Of a stretch of DNA of 64,000 bases, positions 1 through 10,300 are shown piece after piece. Each line of letters starts with the position of its first letter. Within the stretch, counting starts at the first letter, position 1. The position numbers and the translations under genes were made by a program. The stretch spans positions 288,001-352,000 of the forward strand of contig CAWHAE010000009.1 in assembly GCA_963827235.1 (NCBI GenBank), in the 5' to 3' direction. Origin of the DNA: an uncultured bacterium (GTDB lineage Bacteria; Chloroflexota; UBA5177; JANWHV01). Under the pieces are notes generated by a model. It did no database searches. It saw only the letters and a program-made list of their open reading frames with translations, and was not told the DNA's origin.

Positions 1-1
1 G

Positions 2-2200
2 CGTCAGCGTGAGCGTCTCCTCGTCGTAGGGCACATAGATGGTGCCGGAGCGCGACACGGCAAAGCCTGGGAAGTAGCCTCCCCGGGAAACGCTGACCGG
101 CAGCACGCCGGCGGTCGTCAGCCGTCCGTTGCCGTCGATCCGCTGCACCGCCTGGACGCCTGCTGAGGTGTTGAGCACGTAGACATGGCCGGCTCCATCG
201 TCCGTCATTGTGCTGGGTCGCCAGGTATTGTCAGTCGCACTGGCCGGCAGGAAGAAGGCCCAGGCTGGCTGGTAGCCCTGATAGGCAGGCCGGCTTCTCA
301 CGTTCAGATTCGGTTCGTACACCGCCGAGCCGTCGGAGACGTAAACCTTGTCCCCGGGACCGATTGCCACGCTTGTTGGTATAGAGGGCCAGACAATTCC
401 ATCGTCGAGGGCGCGAATCTTGCCCGGCGAGTCGAGCGCGTACAGCCAACCCTGTGCGGAGTCAGCCAGCAGTACCGAGCCTTCTTGAGTGATGACTAGG
501 CCTGTCAGATCGAGATCGGCATCGGAGACGTTGTCCGGCAAGCAGGGTTCCCGCAGATTGAGGAGCGTGTGAAAGCGCCCGTCGGGTGTCCGTTCCAGAA
601 GTCCGTGATCGCCGAGAAGATAGAGGTCGTCGTGCGCATCCACCGCCAGCGCGCGGACGTGGTCGGGCTGGGCAGGCACTATCGCACCTTGCGTGGGTGG
701 TGCCGCGACCTGCGCTGCAGACAATGCAGGCTGCGGCGGCGGTCCAGGTATGACCAGACCCGAGAGCGACGCGGCGATCGCCACGACCGAGATAGTCGCG
801 GCTGCATGGCGAGGCTTCCATCGCAGGAGCGGCTTCCCATCCCGTGCGGCCAACCAGGCATATCGGATGGCGCCTGTGCCCAGGAGAGCGAAGACGAGCG
901 GCAGCCAGCAGGCGGGGGCCTCTCGCCCGGGTACGGCGGTAAGGCCATCCCAGCGGCGCATGAAGAGTCCCGCCAGCCAGGCGAGCAGGGGCGCCAGCCA
1001 GCAGAGTGCGATGATGCCGGCGGCCGTTCTCCGGTGCCGTCTAGCGATTGGCGAGTCGGCCGCCGCGTCGCGGATCGTGGGCGTGCAGAGCGGCAGCAGT
1101 GCCAGTACGCCCGGCGCGAACACCGCAAGCACCCTGAACAGATTGTCCGGCAAGTCCGGTTCGACAAAGGTGTTTGGCATTGAACCACTGCCGGCAGATC
1201 CATACATCGCGCCGTAAATGGCGCCGCCGGTGACGAAGGCGAGTGCCGCCGCCACGAGCACCCGGCCGTACATCGCGCAGACCGACGAACGCACCCAGTC
1301 GCGGCTCCTCTGGCCGGCCAGCGTGGCCGCGACCTCTGCCGCGCTGTGCGGCCGGTCCTGCGGGGCAAGCTGCAGGAGCGAGTCGACGAGGCCGGCGACG
1401 CTGCGCGAGACGTCGGGCCGAAGCTCGGCCACGGGCGGATGGCGGAAAGGCGCCTGCTCGTCCGGATTGTAGCCGGTGAGCAGGCGGTGCATGGTGGCGC
1501 CCAGCGCGTACAGGTCGCTCCGCTCGTCGGCGATGCCCTGGTACTGCTCCGGCGCCGCGTAGCCCGGCGTGCCGATAGCCGTGCCCGGGACGCCATCGAG
1601 GGCGCGCCGCGCCACGCCGAAGTCGAGCAGCGTGATGTCGCCGCCGTGATAGAGCACGTTCGAGGGCTTGAGGTCACGAAAGGTCACGGGCGGCCGCTGC
1701 CGGTGCAGGAACTGGAGGAGCTCGGCCAGCATGGCGCTCCAGCGCACCACCATGTCTTCCTCACACGGCCCGTCCCGGGCGACCAGCTCCTCGAGCGTCT
1801 CGCCGGCCACGTAGCGCATGGCCACGTAGTGGCGATCGCCCTCGCTGAAGCTAGCGATGAAGGCGGGCAGGCGCGGATCGTCGATGGCGGAGAGGAGGCC
1901 GGCCTCACGCACCAGCCAGGTGATGACCTCGGGGCGCTGTTCGGGCGGGAGATTGCCCGCGCACAGCTCTTTGAGTGCGACGTCGCGAGGCGTCACCTTG
2001 AGGTCGACGGCGCGGTAGACGGTGCTCATCGTGGAGCGATGGGCGACGGCCTCGATGCGGAAGCGACCACCAACCACGGTACCCGGCGGCAGCGCATCCT
2101 GTGCAGCCAGAACGGGCAGGGTCGTCTGGACCGGACAGGGCCTGTCGGCCGCGTGCAACAGGCCGCAGCGCGTGCAAGCCAGCGGACCCACGGTTTGCAT
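2..2200 (-). CDS. Ser/Thr protein kinase with several TM helices and a C-terminal NHL-like beta-propeller (runs off the left edge)
   Basis: Manual translation from ATG 2200 (GGAGG upstream): VALKE, FRDLKPSNV, DFG, GTPGYAAPEQ, SDLYALG, then hydrophobic segments and LAVDAHDDLYL / VAIGPGDKVYVSD repeats. No stop seen before the window edge, so absent from the ORF track. Confidence 0.88.
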   Translation of the reverse strand, partial: MQTVGPLACTRCGLLHAADRPCPVQTTLPVLAAQDALPPGTVVGGRFRIEAVAHRSTMSTVYRAVDLKVTPRDVALKELCAGNLPPEQRPEVITWLVREAGLLSAIDDPRLPAFIASFSEGDRHYVAMRYVAGETLEELVARDGPCEEDMVVRWSAMLAELLQFLHRQRPPVTFRDLKPSNVLYHGGDITLLDFGVARRALDGVPGTAIGTPGYAAPEQYQGIADERSDLYALGATMHRLLTGYNPDEQAPFRHPPVAELRPDVSRSVAGLVDSLLQLAPQDRPHSAAEVAATLAGQRSRDWVRSSVCAMYGRVLVAAALAFVTGGAIYGAMYGSAGSGSMPNTFVEPDLPDNLFRVLAVFAPGVLALLPLCTPTIRDAAADSPIARRHRRTAAGIIALCWLAPLLAWLAGLFMRRWDGLTAVPGREAPACWLPLVFALLGTGAIRYAWLAARDGKPLLRWKPRHAAATISVVAIAASLSGLVIPGPPPQPALSAAQVAAPPTQGAIVPAQPDHVRALAVDAHDDLYLLGDHGLLERTPDGRFHTLLNLREPCLPDNVSDADLDLTGLVITQEGSVLLADSAQGWLYALDSPGKIRALDDGIVWPSIPTSVAIGPGDKVYVSDGSAVYEPNLNVRSRPAYQGYQPAWAFFLPASATDNTWRPSTMTDDGAGHVYVLNTSAGVQAVQRIDGNGRLTTAGVLPVSVSRGGYFPGFAVSRSGTIYVPYDEETLTLT

Positions 2201-2994
2201 CCGACCAGCCTCCAGCACGCTCTCTCACGCGCCGCGCTACGCCGAACGTACGTCCTTGGTAGATCGCCGACAGAAGGTAGGCGCCGGCTCACATCCCGCA
2301 TGCCGCGAGCCGATCCCGGCTTTGGTCGTCTACAACCTCAGCTATAACACACTGCCAGATGCCTGTCCAACGCGGCATGGACCGAGGAGCTGAGTGAGCC
2401 GAAACGGCGCATGCTCAGTTTTGCAGGGAGCCGGGGAGCTGGCGATAGCCTCCGGCCACCTAACCCACGGCGTGCTCTTCATTTGTCGCCCTCGCACCCA
2501 ATGCATGGTATCCAGACCACTCGCGGGTCATACCGGACTCTTGCCCACAAATACGTTGGCTCGCTTGCTCAATCTGCAAGTGCGATGCGGTGCAGCCGCA
2601 AGCCTGGCGCGAGGCTGGGGCCGTTATCACACGCGGTGCTGCGCTACCTGGCATACCGTATCTGCCGTGTGCGCTGCCTGCACAGCCCGCCCTTGCACGG
2701 CTGAGTCCGCCGCAGTATGATCGGGCTGCCGCCGGCCGGGTGCGCCCGCGCACTCGTGGCAGCAGGGCAGCGACACAGGTAGCTAGAAGGAGCTTGGCGC
2801 GCAGACTGGGCGGGTCGCACCTGCGGCTGCTCCTTGTGACCTGAGCACGCTCCAGCAGCACATGGCCACCTGCCGAGCCGGATTGCGAGCCCGGCGTTCG
2901 CTGCGGCGAGCCGGGATGCCTCGCGGCGCGGGCCCGCCCGTTCGCAAGGGTGGCGCGAAGGTTGGCACGCTGAATCATGAAACGAGGAAGTACT

Positions 2995-4041
2995 ATGCAG
3001 GCAGTAGCCGTCCTGGAGCCCGGCAGGGTCGCCGTCGTCGTCGTCCCCGCGCCCGCGCCGGGCCCGTATGAAGCTCTGGTCAAGAGTGAGGTCGCCTATA
3101 TCTGTAACGCTACCGACCGCAAGGTGATCCAGGGCCATGCCGCCGCGCTCGGCATCGTGGCGTCGGACTACCCGCTCATCCTCGGGCACGAGACGGTCGG
3201 GCGCGTGGTGGAAGTCGGCCGCAAGGTGACCTCCTTCAAGCCCGGCGATCGCGTGCTTGGCGGGCTTTTCTTCTCTCCCGAAGGATACGGCTCGGCATGG
3301 GGTGGCGACTCCGAGTACGTCCTGGCGACTGACCACGCGGCGATGGCCGCCGATGGCGTTGCCGACGTGCAGCACGGTTGGGACGAAGTCTTCAAGATCA
3401 TGAAGAAAGTCCCTGAGGACATCCCGGTAGAAGCCGCGGGAATGCTCGCCACCTGGCGGGAAGTCTACGCTGGATTCTCGGATTTCCAGCTCAAAGCGGG
3501 TGACGACATTCTCATCTTCGGCGCAGGGCCGGTCGGACTCTCGTTCTGCCGGTTCGCCAAGCTGCTTGGACTGGGCTGGGTTGGCGTCGTGGAGGTCGTC
3601 CCGTTCAAGCGCGAGAAGGCCCTTACGCTGGGCGCCGACGCCGTCTTCGCTCCCAGCGACGCGGCCATTGCCGATCTCGCTCGCACGCGCGGCAAGCCGC
3701 TCGACGCCGTTATCGACGCCGTAGGCTCGGTCACCATCATCAATGCCGCATTACCGCTGATCAAGCTTGCCGGATCGATCTGCGTCTACGGCGTACTGGC
3801 CGACGCGCTCATCACACTCGACAAGAGCAACGCCCCCAAGAACTTCAACTTGTTCCTGCACCAATGGCCCACGCGCGACGCCGAGGCGGCGGCGCAAGAG
3901 CCGCTCGTGCAATGGATCAGAGATGGTAAGATCAGTCACCGGGATTTCAAGACCGCGGAGTTCCCGATAGCCGATGTCGCGCAGGCCCTGGCTATCACCG
4001 AGTTGCCGACGTCGATCAAGACCATGTTGCGATTCTCGTAG
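2995..4041 (+). CDS. Zn-dependent alcohol dehydrogenase (MDR family)
   Basis: ICNATD, ILGHE, GDRV, GAGPVG NAD-binding motif; GAGGAAG before ATG 2995. Confidence 0.9.
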   Translation: MQAVAVLEPGRVAVVVVPAPAPGPYEALVKSEVAYICNATDRKVIQGHAAALGIVASDYPLILGHETVGRVVEVGRKVTSFKPGDRVLGGLFFSPEGYGSAWGGDSEYVLATDHAAMAADGVADVQHGWDEVFKIMKKVPEDIPVEAAGMLATWREVYAGFSDFQLKAGDDILIFGAGPVGLSFCRFAKLLGLGWVGVVEVVPFKREKALTLGADAVFAPSDAAIADLARTRGKPLDAVIDAVGSVTIINAALPLIKLAGSICVYGVLADALITLDKSNAPKNFNLFLHQWPTRDAEAAAQEPLVQWIRDGKISHRDFKTAEFPIADVAQALAITELPTSIKTMLRFS

Positions 4042-4087
4042 CACATGCGTGATCTCGCCGTGCTTGCACTCCCTTGGATTTGTCGCC

Positions 4088-4762
4088 TCACACCTTGCTC
4101 AGCCGGACCTCCAGGCCGATCCCCTGCGTCGTCACCGTACCGGTCCGAAAGGCGCTCTGCGCGACAAGCTGCTCGAACTGCGCCCGTGTGTAGGCGCGCC
4201 GCCGCAGCCACCGCAGCGTCCACCGCACCACGAACGCGCTCATCCGGCTGACCTGCATATGCTGCACTTCCTGGTCGACGGCTGCACCGGTGGCATCCTT
4301 GCGCATGTCCTGGACCACGGCGCTGCCGCCACGGCGCAGGACGCGGTACATCTCGTTGAGCGCCCCCACAGGCTCGGCGAAGTTCTTGAAGGCGGCCTGG
4401 CACACGATCAGGTCGAAGGAGTCCGCCGCGAACGACATGTGCGCCGCATCGCCGCGCTCAAAGTCCACGCGTACGCCCGCGGTCTGGGCGTTCTCCCGTG
4501 CGATATCGACCATCGTCCGGCTGATGTCCAGCCCCGTCACCCGGTAGGGGCCGCACCGCGCGATCTCCACCGCGAGGTAACCCGGTCCCGGCGCGATCTC
4601 GAGCACCGCCGCTTCCGGCGGCAGTGCCTCGGTCAGCCGCACGGCCTCCTGGTGGTACTCCGCGCGCTGGGCCGGCGTGCCCCGGTTCCGCGCGTACCAC
4701 CGCGCCGTGCGTCCTTCCATCTCCGGAATGAGCTTGAAGCGCTTGCTTTCTCTGAGCACCAT
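4088..4762 (-). CDS. Class I SAM-dependent methyltransferase
   Basis: VLEIAPGPG motif I, GLDIS, GDAAHMSF, FDLIV, EMYRVLRRGG. Confidence 0.9.
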   Translation of the reverse strand: MVLRESKRFKLIPEMEGRTARWYARNRGTPAQRAEYHQEAVRLTEALPPEAAVLEIAPGPGYLAVEIARCGPYRVTGLDISRTMVDIARENAQTAGVRVDFERGDAAHMSFAADSFDLIVCQAAFKNFAEPVGALNEMYRVLRRGGSAVVQDMRKDATGAAVDQEVQHMQVSRMSAFVVRWTLRWLRRRAYTRAQFEQLVAQSAFRTGTVTTQGIGLEVRLSKV

Positions 4763-4849
4763 CGGCCTGATCCTCCCGGGCCAACGCCATCGCGTGCGAG
4801 CGGCGTTGGCCCGGCGGACCTGGCCGCCTCGCCGCGCGCCGCTTTATTA

Positions 4850-4863
4850 TTCGATGCATCGAA
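4850..4863. promoter_or_regulatory. Candidate MarR operator palindrome
   Basis: Perfect 14-bp palindrome TTCGATGCATCGAA between the divergent methyltransferase and MarR genes. Confidence 0.5.
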
Positions 4864-4924
4864 CTATACACTGAATGGTACCATCTGTCTGTATCGAGCA
4901 GTACACCGTTGCGGAGAGGCTAGC

Positions 4925-5446
4925 ATGGCTGGAGAGGCTGACAGCCCGAACCGGGCCCTCATGCTTGATCAGATCGGCACCAAGCTCCGGCTCCTGATCG
5001 CACGGGCCCTGGTCTTCAACCATCACGTCGCGGACCAGCTCGGACTACACCCCACTGACAATCAGTGCCTCGGGCTGCTCCAGCTTGATGGGGACATGAC
5101 ACCCAGTCGTCTCGCGCAACGCGTGGGATTGAGCCGTAGCGCGATGACCGCGGCCCTGGATCGGTTGGAGCGCACCGGATTCGTGCACCGCGTGCCGGCT
5201 GCAGTTGACCGCCGCCAGGTGATCGTGCATGCCGACCAGGAGCGACTACAGAACCTGGCTGCACCACTCTATATATCGCGCCGCGCACACATGGAGCGCG
5301 TGTGGCCAGCGTTCACCGACCAAGAGCTGCGGGTGGTAGCGCGGTTCTTCCAGGCGCTGACGGCCGAGGCGGAGGAGCCTGTTGCGGGAGCAGGGCCGAC
5401 TGACGAGGGGCCAGATGAGCCAGCGCCCCCTGGCAGAACAGGTTGA
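4925..5446 (+). CDS. MarR family transcriptional regulator
   Basis: LGLHPTDNQCLGLL, TPSRLAQRVGLSRSAMTAALDRLERTGFVHR, DRR wing motif; GGAGAGG before ATG 4925. Confidence 0.9.
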   Translation: MAGEADSPNRALMLDQIGTKLRLLIARALVFNHHVADQLGLHPTDNQCLGLLQLDGDMTPSRLAQRVGLSRSAMTAALDRLERTGFVHRVPAAVDRRQVIVHADQERLQNLAAPLYISRRAHMERVWPAFTDQELRVVARFFQALTAEAEEPVAGAGPTDEGPDEPAPPGRTG

Positions 5447-5553
5447 CGCATTCTCGCCTGCCGGGTTCGCCAGCGGAAATCTCAGGACAGCCGGATCCGC
5501 CGTATCTTGCAGCGCGACCGGGTGCGCCGGCGGCATGCCCGCACCTGGGCCGG

Positions 5554-6996
5554 TCACGTCGCGCCATACGTTACGGACGAACCCTCGTCGACGACTTCGA
5601 TCCAGGTCTGCCCGGGATTGAATTGCTGTCGTTTGCCGCGACTGTCACGCAGCTCCAACGCAGCATTGGTCGAAGGCTTGCTCCAGGATCCTTGCGCGAC
5701 GTGGCCGTCCTGGAAGTACAGGGCCGATCCCGTGCCTGTCGCGTGAACGTTCACGCCGTCCGGTGTGAAGGCATCGTGGTCCGGAGTGACCGGCGTGAAG
5801 AGCACCACGACGTTGCTCGCGGCATCGGCCAGGCCCGAGATTGAGTCGACTTGTGTAACGCCGCCGATGCTTCGCAGGTACCGGTTCGTCACCCTGTCGT
5901 ATGCCCAGTGCACGTCATACCAGTACCCGGAGAAGCCCACGTCGATCCAGGCAGTTTCTGGTCGGTGGAAGTAAGCGTCCGGCACCCGGTGGGGCAATGC
6001 TGTGGGGAAAGTGTCCGCAACAGGAAAGCCAGCCTGCGCGGCGAACCCTCGTAGCGAGAGCGTGCTGGTATACAGGTTGTGTGGAACGGCTCGATACGGG
6101 GATCGCATAAACGGAGGGCCCAGCGGCCCGGGCGCTGAAGGGAGATTGAGGTCATCGATATTGGCAACGTTCGGCATATTCAACAGTTGGTAGAGCGCGT
6201 CGCTGTTACCCCCGGCGTGGGCATAGATTGCATGCAGTCCCGAGGCCCAGGCATCAAAGTAGATTCGTGCGCTGCGCACCGGTCCCACGACCGGCGCATC
6301 CTTCTCGAGAAATACTGCCATGATCCGCGTCACCCCGCCTTCCGCCAGCGTCTCGAATACGAGGCTCGCCCGGTTGAGGCCGGTTTGCGGTCGTGCGTCC
6401 GGCGCGTAGTTGTCGATCACCACGGCGATGGCGCGCCGATGTGACAGTTCGGGTCTCGTCGGCAGGCCGCTGAGCGGCCCTGCCGGGCCCGGTCCCGTAT
6501 CGTCAAGCGTGTCGTCCGCCCGATAGGCTTTGTCGATTGTCGGCGTGGGCGTGATGGTAGGTGTCGAGGTGATGCTGGGGCTCATGGTCGGCGTGCCGCT
6601 GGCGGTCGCACTGGGCGTTTCCGATGAGCTCGGCGTCGCGGTCGGTTCGGGCGAGGCGGTCCAGGTCGAGGTCGCGGCAGGCAGGGCCGTGCCGGTAGCT
6701 GTGCTGGTCATCGTGAGTGGCAGCAATGTCTCGGTGGGCTGCGGCGCCGGAGTAGCTGTGAACGCAGGGGCGACTGCTGTGGACGAGGGATGCGTAGCGG
6801 CGGCATTCAGATGTCGATGCAGGGGATCCGTGCCGTGAGATCGAACGACGCCGGCTACTGAGACACAGAGCAGTGCCGCCAGCACGCCTGAAGCGACCTT
6901 AGCCCGCGGCGATTGAAAGACGTTCCGTAGCGTCCGCCGAAGCTGCCTGGCGCGCGGACCGCGCAAAAATGCCCACACGCCTGACGTCAGCTGCAT
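5554..6996 (-). CDS. DUF3048 (YerB-like) membrane-anchored protein with Thr/Pro-rich linker
   Basis: AVVIDN..ARPQTGL, EGGVTR, GPVRSAR, PHNLY, GQTWIEV motifs; N-terminal hydrophobic anchor. Confidence 0.85.
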   Translation of the reverse strand: MQLTSGVWAFLRGPRARQLRRTLRNVFQSPRAKVASGVLAALLCVSVAGVVRSHGTDPLHRHLNAAATHPSSTAVAPAFTATPAPQPTETLLPLTMTSTATGTALPAATSTWTASPEPTATPSSSETPSATASGTPTMSPSITSTPTITPTPTIDKAYRADDTLDDTGPGPAGPLSGLPTRPELSHRRAIAVVIDNYAPDARPQTGLNRASLVFETLAEGGVTRIMAVFLEKDAPVVGPVRSARIYFDAWASGLHAIYAHAGGNSDALYQLLNMPNVANIDDLNLPSAPGPLGPPFMRSPYRAVPHNLYTSTLSLRGFAAQAGFPVADTFPTALPHRVPDAYFHRPETAWIDVGFSGYWYDVHWAYDRVTNRYLRSIGGVTQVDSISGLADAASNVVVLFTPVTPDHDAFTPDGVNVHATGTGSALYFQDGHVAQGSWSKPSTNAALELRDSRGKRQQFNPGQTWIEVVDEGSSVTYGAT

Positions 6997-7364
6997 ACGG
7001 GAGCGAGCCCTCTGCGTACTGTGGAATTGTGTCTATCTGGAAAGTACCTGCGAAGCCTTCGCGAAGGCAACAGGTGCCGTGGTGGCGGCGTATCGATAGT
7101 CGCGCCTTGCCGCTATCGACTGTGGCTCATGTGTCCGGTAGCGCAGTTGTTCGCCCGGGTAGAACGGACCAGCGCGAGGCTCGGAGGGCCCAGCGTCACG
7201 ACGTGTGCGTCAAATGTCTCCTTGCGGCGCCGTCTGACCGACCATACTATGAGGGCACACCAACCATCGCAATTGGTGACCAGCGTGGAAATTGCGACAT
7301 GAGCCCGCGTGCTAATGCCAGGCGCGGACGTCGACCACGCAACAATCCAGGCTAGCATCGCTCC

Positions 7365-10300
7365 ATGAGCAGTTGGTTAGGAATGCAACCCAGGCATCTC
7401 AAGCTCGTCACGGTGGGTCGGGTGAAGCTCTGTGTCGATCCAGTGGAACTGGCGGATGCGAGAGATCCGACGGAGCTTCCATCCTTGCCGTGTACGGCGT
7501 TGGGCCAGGATGCCCGAGGCTTCCTTTGGGTCGGCACCCAGAACGGGCCGATGCTCTTTGATGGCTGCTACTGCGGCACTCCGGCCGCTCTATCCGGCAT
7601 GGGCGGCTCCACGATCAACTGCCTCTGCTTTGGTGGGAACGACACCGTGTGGGCCGGCACCGAGGGAAGTGGCATTGCCTGGATTCAGATCGGGCTCACC
7701 GGCCCCCGACTCCGCCGCCTGCTGACACGCTCGGATAGCCTGCCCGGTGACTTGATACACTCGCTGTGCTCCGATAGGCGGGGCCGAGTGTGGGCGGGCA
7801 CGCCAGACGGCCTGGCTCTGCTGGAGCATGGTTGCGTTGCTCGGGTCATGGGCGCGCTCGACGGCTTACCCGCGGCGCGCGTAAACGCATTGGGGTACGA
7901 TACGCGCGATCGCCTGTGGGTAGGGACCGACCGGGGAGTCGTCGTGCTCGTCGATGGTGCCGTCTCTTTCACCGGGGACCAGGCGTGCCCGTTCACCGAG
8001 GACCTGGTTCAGCGGTTCTATTGCGATCCGCTCGGGCAACTGTGGGCCGGCACGCGCGCCGGCAATCTGTTTCGGGCCGAGGTCGGAGCAGACGGCCGGG
8101 TACAGGTAGCCTACGTGCACGGCTGGGGGTCGCCAATCGCCGACATTTGCATGGCTGCCGATGGTCGCCTTTGGGTGGCAACGCTGGAGGGCGTGTTCGT
8201 GCTTACCGCCGGCGTCCTGAGCGATCACCTGGCGGTCGCCGACGGCCTGCCGTCGGCCGACACATCTGCACTCTATTGCGACCGTGACGGCCGCATGTGG
8301 GCCGCGACTCGCAAGGGCCTCGCGGTGCTTCTTGACGTTGATTATCCCGTGCATGTGCTTGTCGGCGCTGATCTTCGCGCGCGGGTGGTGTGGAATATCG
8401 AGCCGGATGCCAACAATTGCATGTGGCTCGGCACGGATAGCGGCCTGATCGCCGTATCAGGTGAAGACTCGCAGGTTCTGCATCTACCTGATCTCCCGGA
8501 GACACTGCGCGACAATGCGATATGGGCAGTGCGCCACGACGGCCTGCGCCAGATCTGGGCGAGCCAACGGCGGAACGGTCTGTTCTGCCTGGACGCCTCG
8601 ACCGGAGCCCCACTGGCCCATATGCTGGCCGACCGCGGCGTGAACGTGATCGCCATGTGCATGGTAGGGCAGCAGGACCTGTGGCTGGGCACGTCGCGCC
8701 ACGGCCTCATCTGTGTCGACATGCGGTTGCGGAAGGTCGTGGGAGAGATTGGCACTGCAGACGGTCTCCCCGAGACGTTGGTGTCTTGCCTCCATCTGGA
8801 CGGCGCGGGTCGTCTCTGGGCCGGTACCCTGTCCGGGCGGCTGGTCTGTATTGACCCCGTGCAACGCGCGATTCTGTCTACGCTCGAGTTGGCCACTCAT
8901 GGCCCTGCCCCCTCGGCTTTGTGCCTGATGCATGACACTCGGAGCGGGCTATGGGCCGGTACCAGTGCCGGGTTGATGAGCATTGATCCTGATCGCAACA
9001 CGATACTCCGCACCATCGGAGCGGCGGACGGCCTCAGAAGCCTGACAGTGCTGGGATGCACCGTCGATGCCCGCGGTCACCTCTGGCTGGGGACGGGATG
9101 TGGCGTGATCCGCTATGCGCCCGACACCGGCACTCTCGCGGTGATCGACCGCAGCATGGGCCTGCCACATGACGAATGCGATCAGAACGCCGTTCATCTG
9201 GACGACCGCGGGAGGCTCTGGATCGGCACCGCCAAGGGCCCGGCGATCATCGACACCAACCGGATCCCCATCGACGTGCCTCCTTGTCCCGTCGTCCTGA
9301 CAGGGTTCCTCGTCATGGGCGAGGAGCGCGACGTGACGCCCGACCTGGAACTGGAAGACAGCGATTGCGACCTGCAGTTCTCCTATGCCGCCGTCTCCTT
9401 CACGGCACCGACGCTGGTCCTTTACCGTGTTCAGCTGGAAGGCTTCGAGTCGGGCTTCTCGTCCCCGAGCACCGAGCGCAGCCGGCGCTACACGAACCTC
9501 CGGCCCGGAGCATATGTGCTCCGTGTTTCGGCGTGCAATTGGGGCGGAACGTGGAGTACGCCACTCGAGATCCCCCTGCGCATCGTCCGCAACCATCAGG
9601 CACAGGAGGCGGAAGAGGCCCTGGAGCACGAGCGGTTCGAGAAGGAAGTCTATCGGGCGGCCGCGACACGGTTGGAGGATCTGAATCAGCGGCTGGCAGA
9701 GGCATCACGGCTGAATGGCGAGTTGCTGGAGCAGACCAGGGCCTCATACGCGGACACGCTGGCACGCCAGGAACGGCTGTCCGCGCTGCAGACCATCTCC
9801 TCGACCCTGGCGGCGACGCGCACGCCGTCCGAGGTCGGCGAGCAGATCATGCGCATTAGCGCCCTCTATCTGGACGCACCTTTCATCAGGATTCGCCTGT
9901 TGAGTGCCGACAGGGCATGGCTCGAGCACGTCATTGCTTCCACTAACGATACGGAAGACCCGCGTTTCCCCAAGCGACGGCCCTATGACGACCAGGTGCC
10001 GTCGGCCGAGGCCGTGCGGACCGGCCGCCCGGTCTGGCTCGAGTCGCCGGAGGAGATGCTGGCCAGGTTCCCAGACTTCGCTCGCAAGATGAGGGAACGC
10101 GGTTTCCTGGCCAATGTGACGCTGCCGCTGCTCACCGACGGCGAGGCGATAGGCTCTATGGGGCTCATGTTCACCGCGCCGCGTCGCTTCCGCGGCGACG
10201 AGCGCGAGTTTCTGCTGGCCGTGGCCAGCCTGGCCGCGCAGGCGGTCGATCGCGCCTGGCTCTATGCGCGGGAACAGAAGCGAGCACAGACGGCGGAGGA

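Noticed and set aside
185-2393. Overlapping Arg/Pro/Ala-rich ORFs in the track (also throughout the window)
   Set aside because: Shadow frames of GC-rich genes; here the real gene is the minus-strand kinase
2330-2970. Long intergenic region as possible ncRNA or gene
   Set aside because: No recognisable motif, RBS-supported ORF or covarying repeat was found by eye
3974-4924. 5' extension of the 490-aa ORF 3974-5446
   Set aside because: It is antisense to the methyltransferase; only the MarR part from 4925 is credible
7043-7078. Hairpin resembling a cyclic-dinucleotide riboswitch stem
   Set aside because: Lacks the conserved elements of c-di-GMP-I/II or c-di-AMP aptamers
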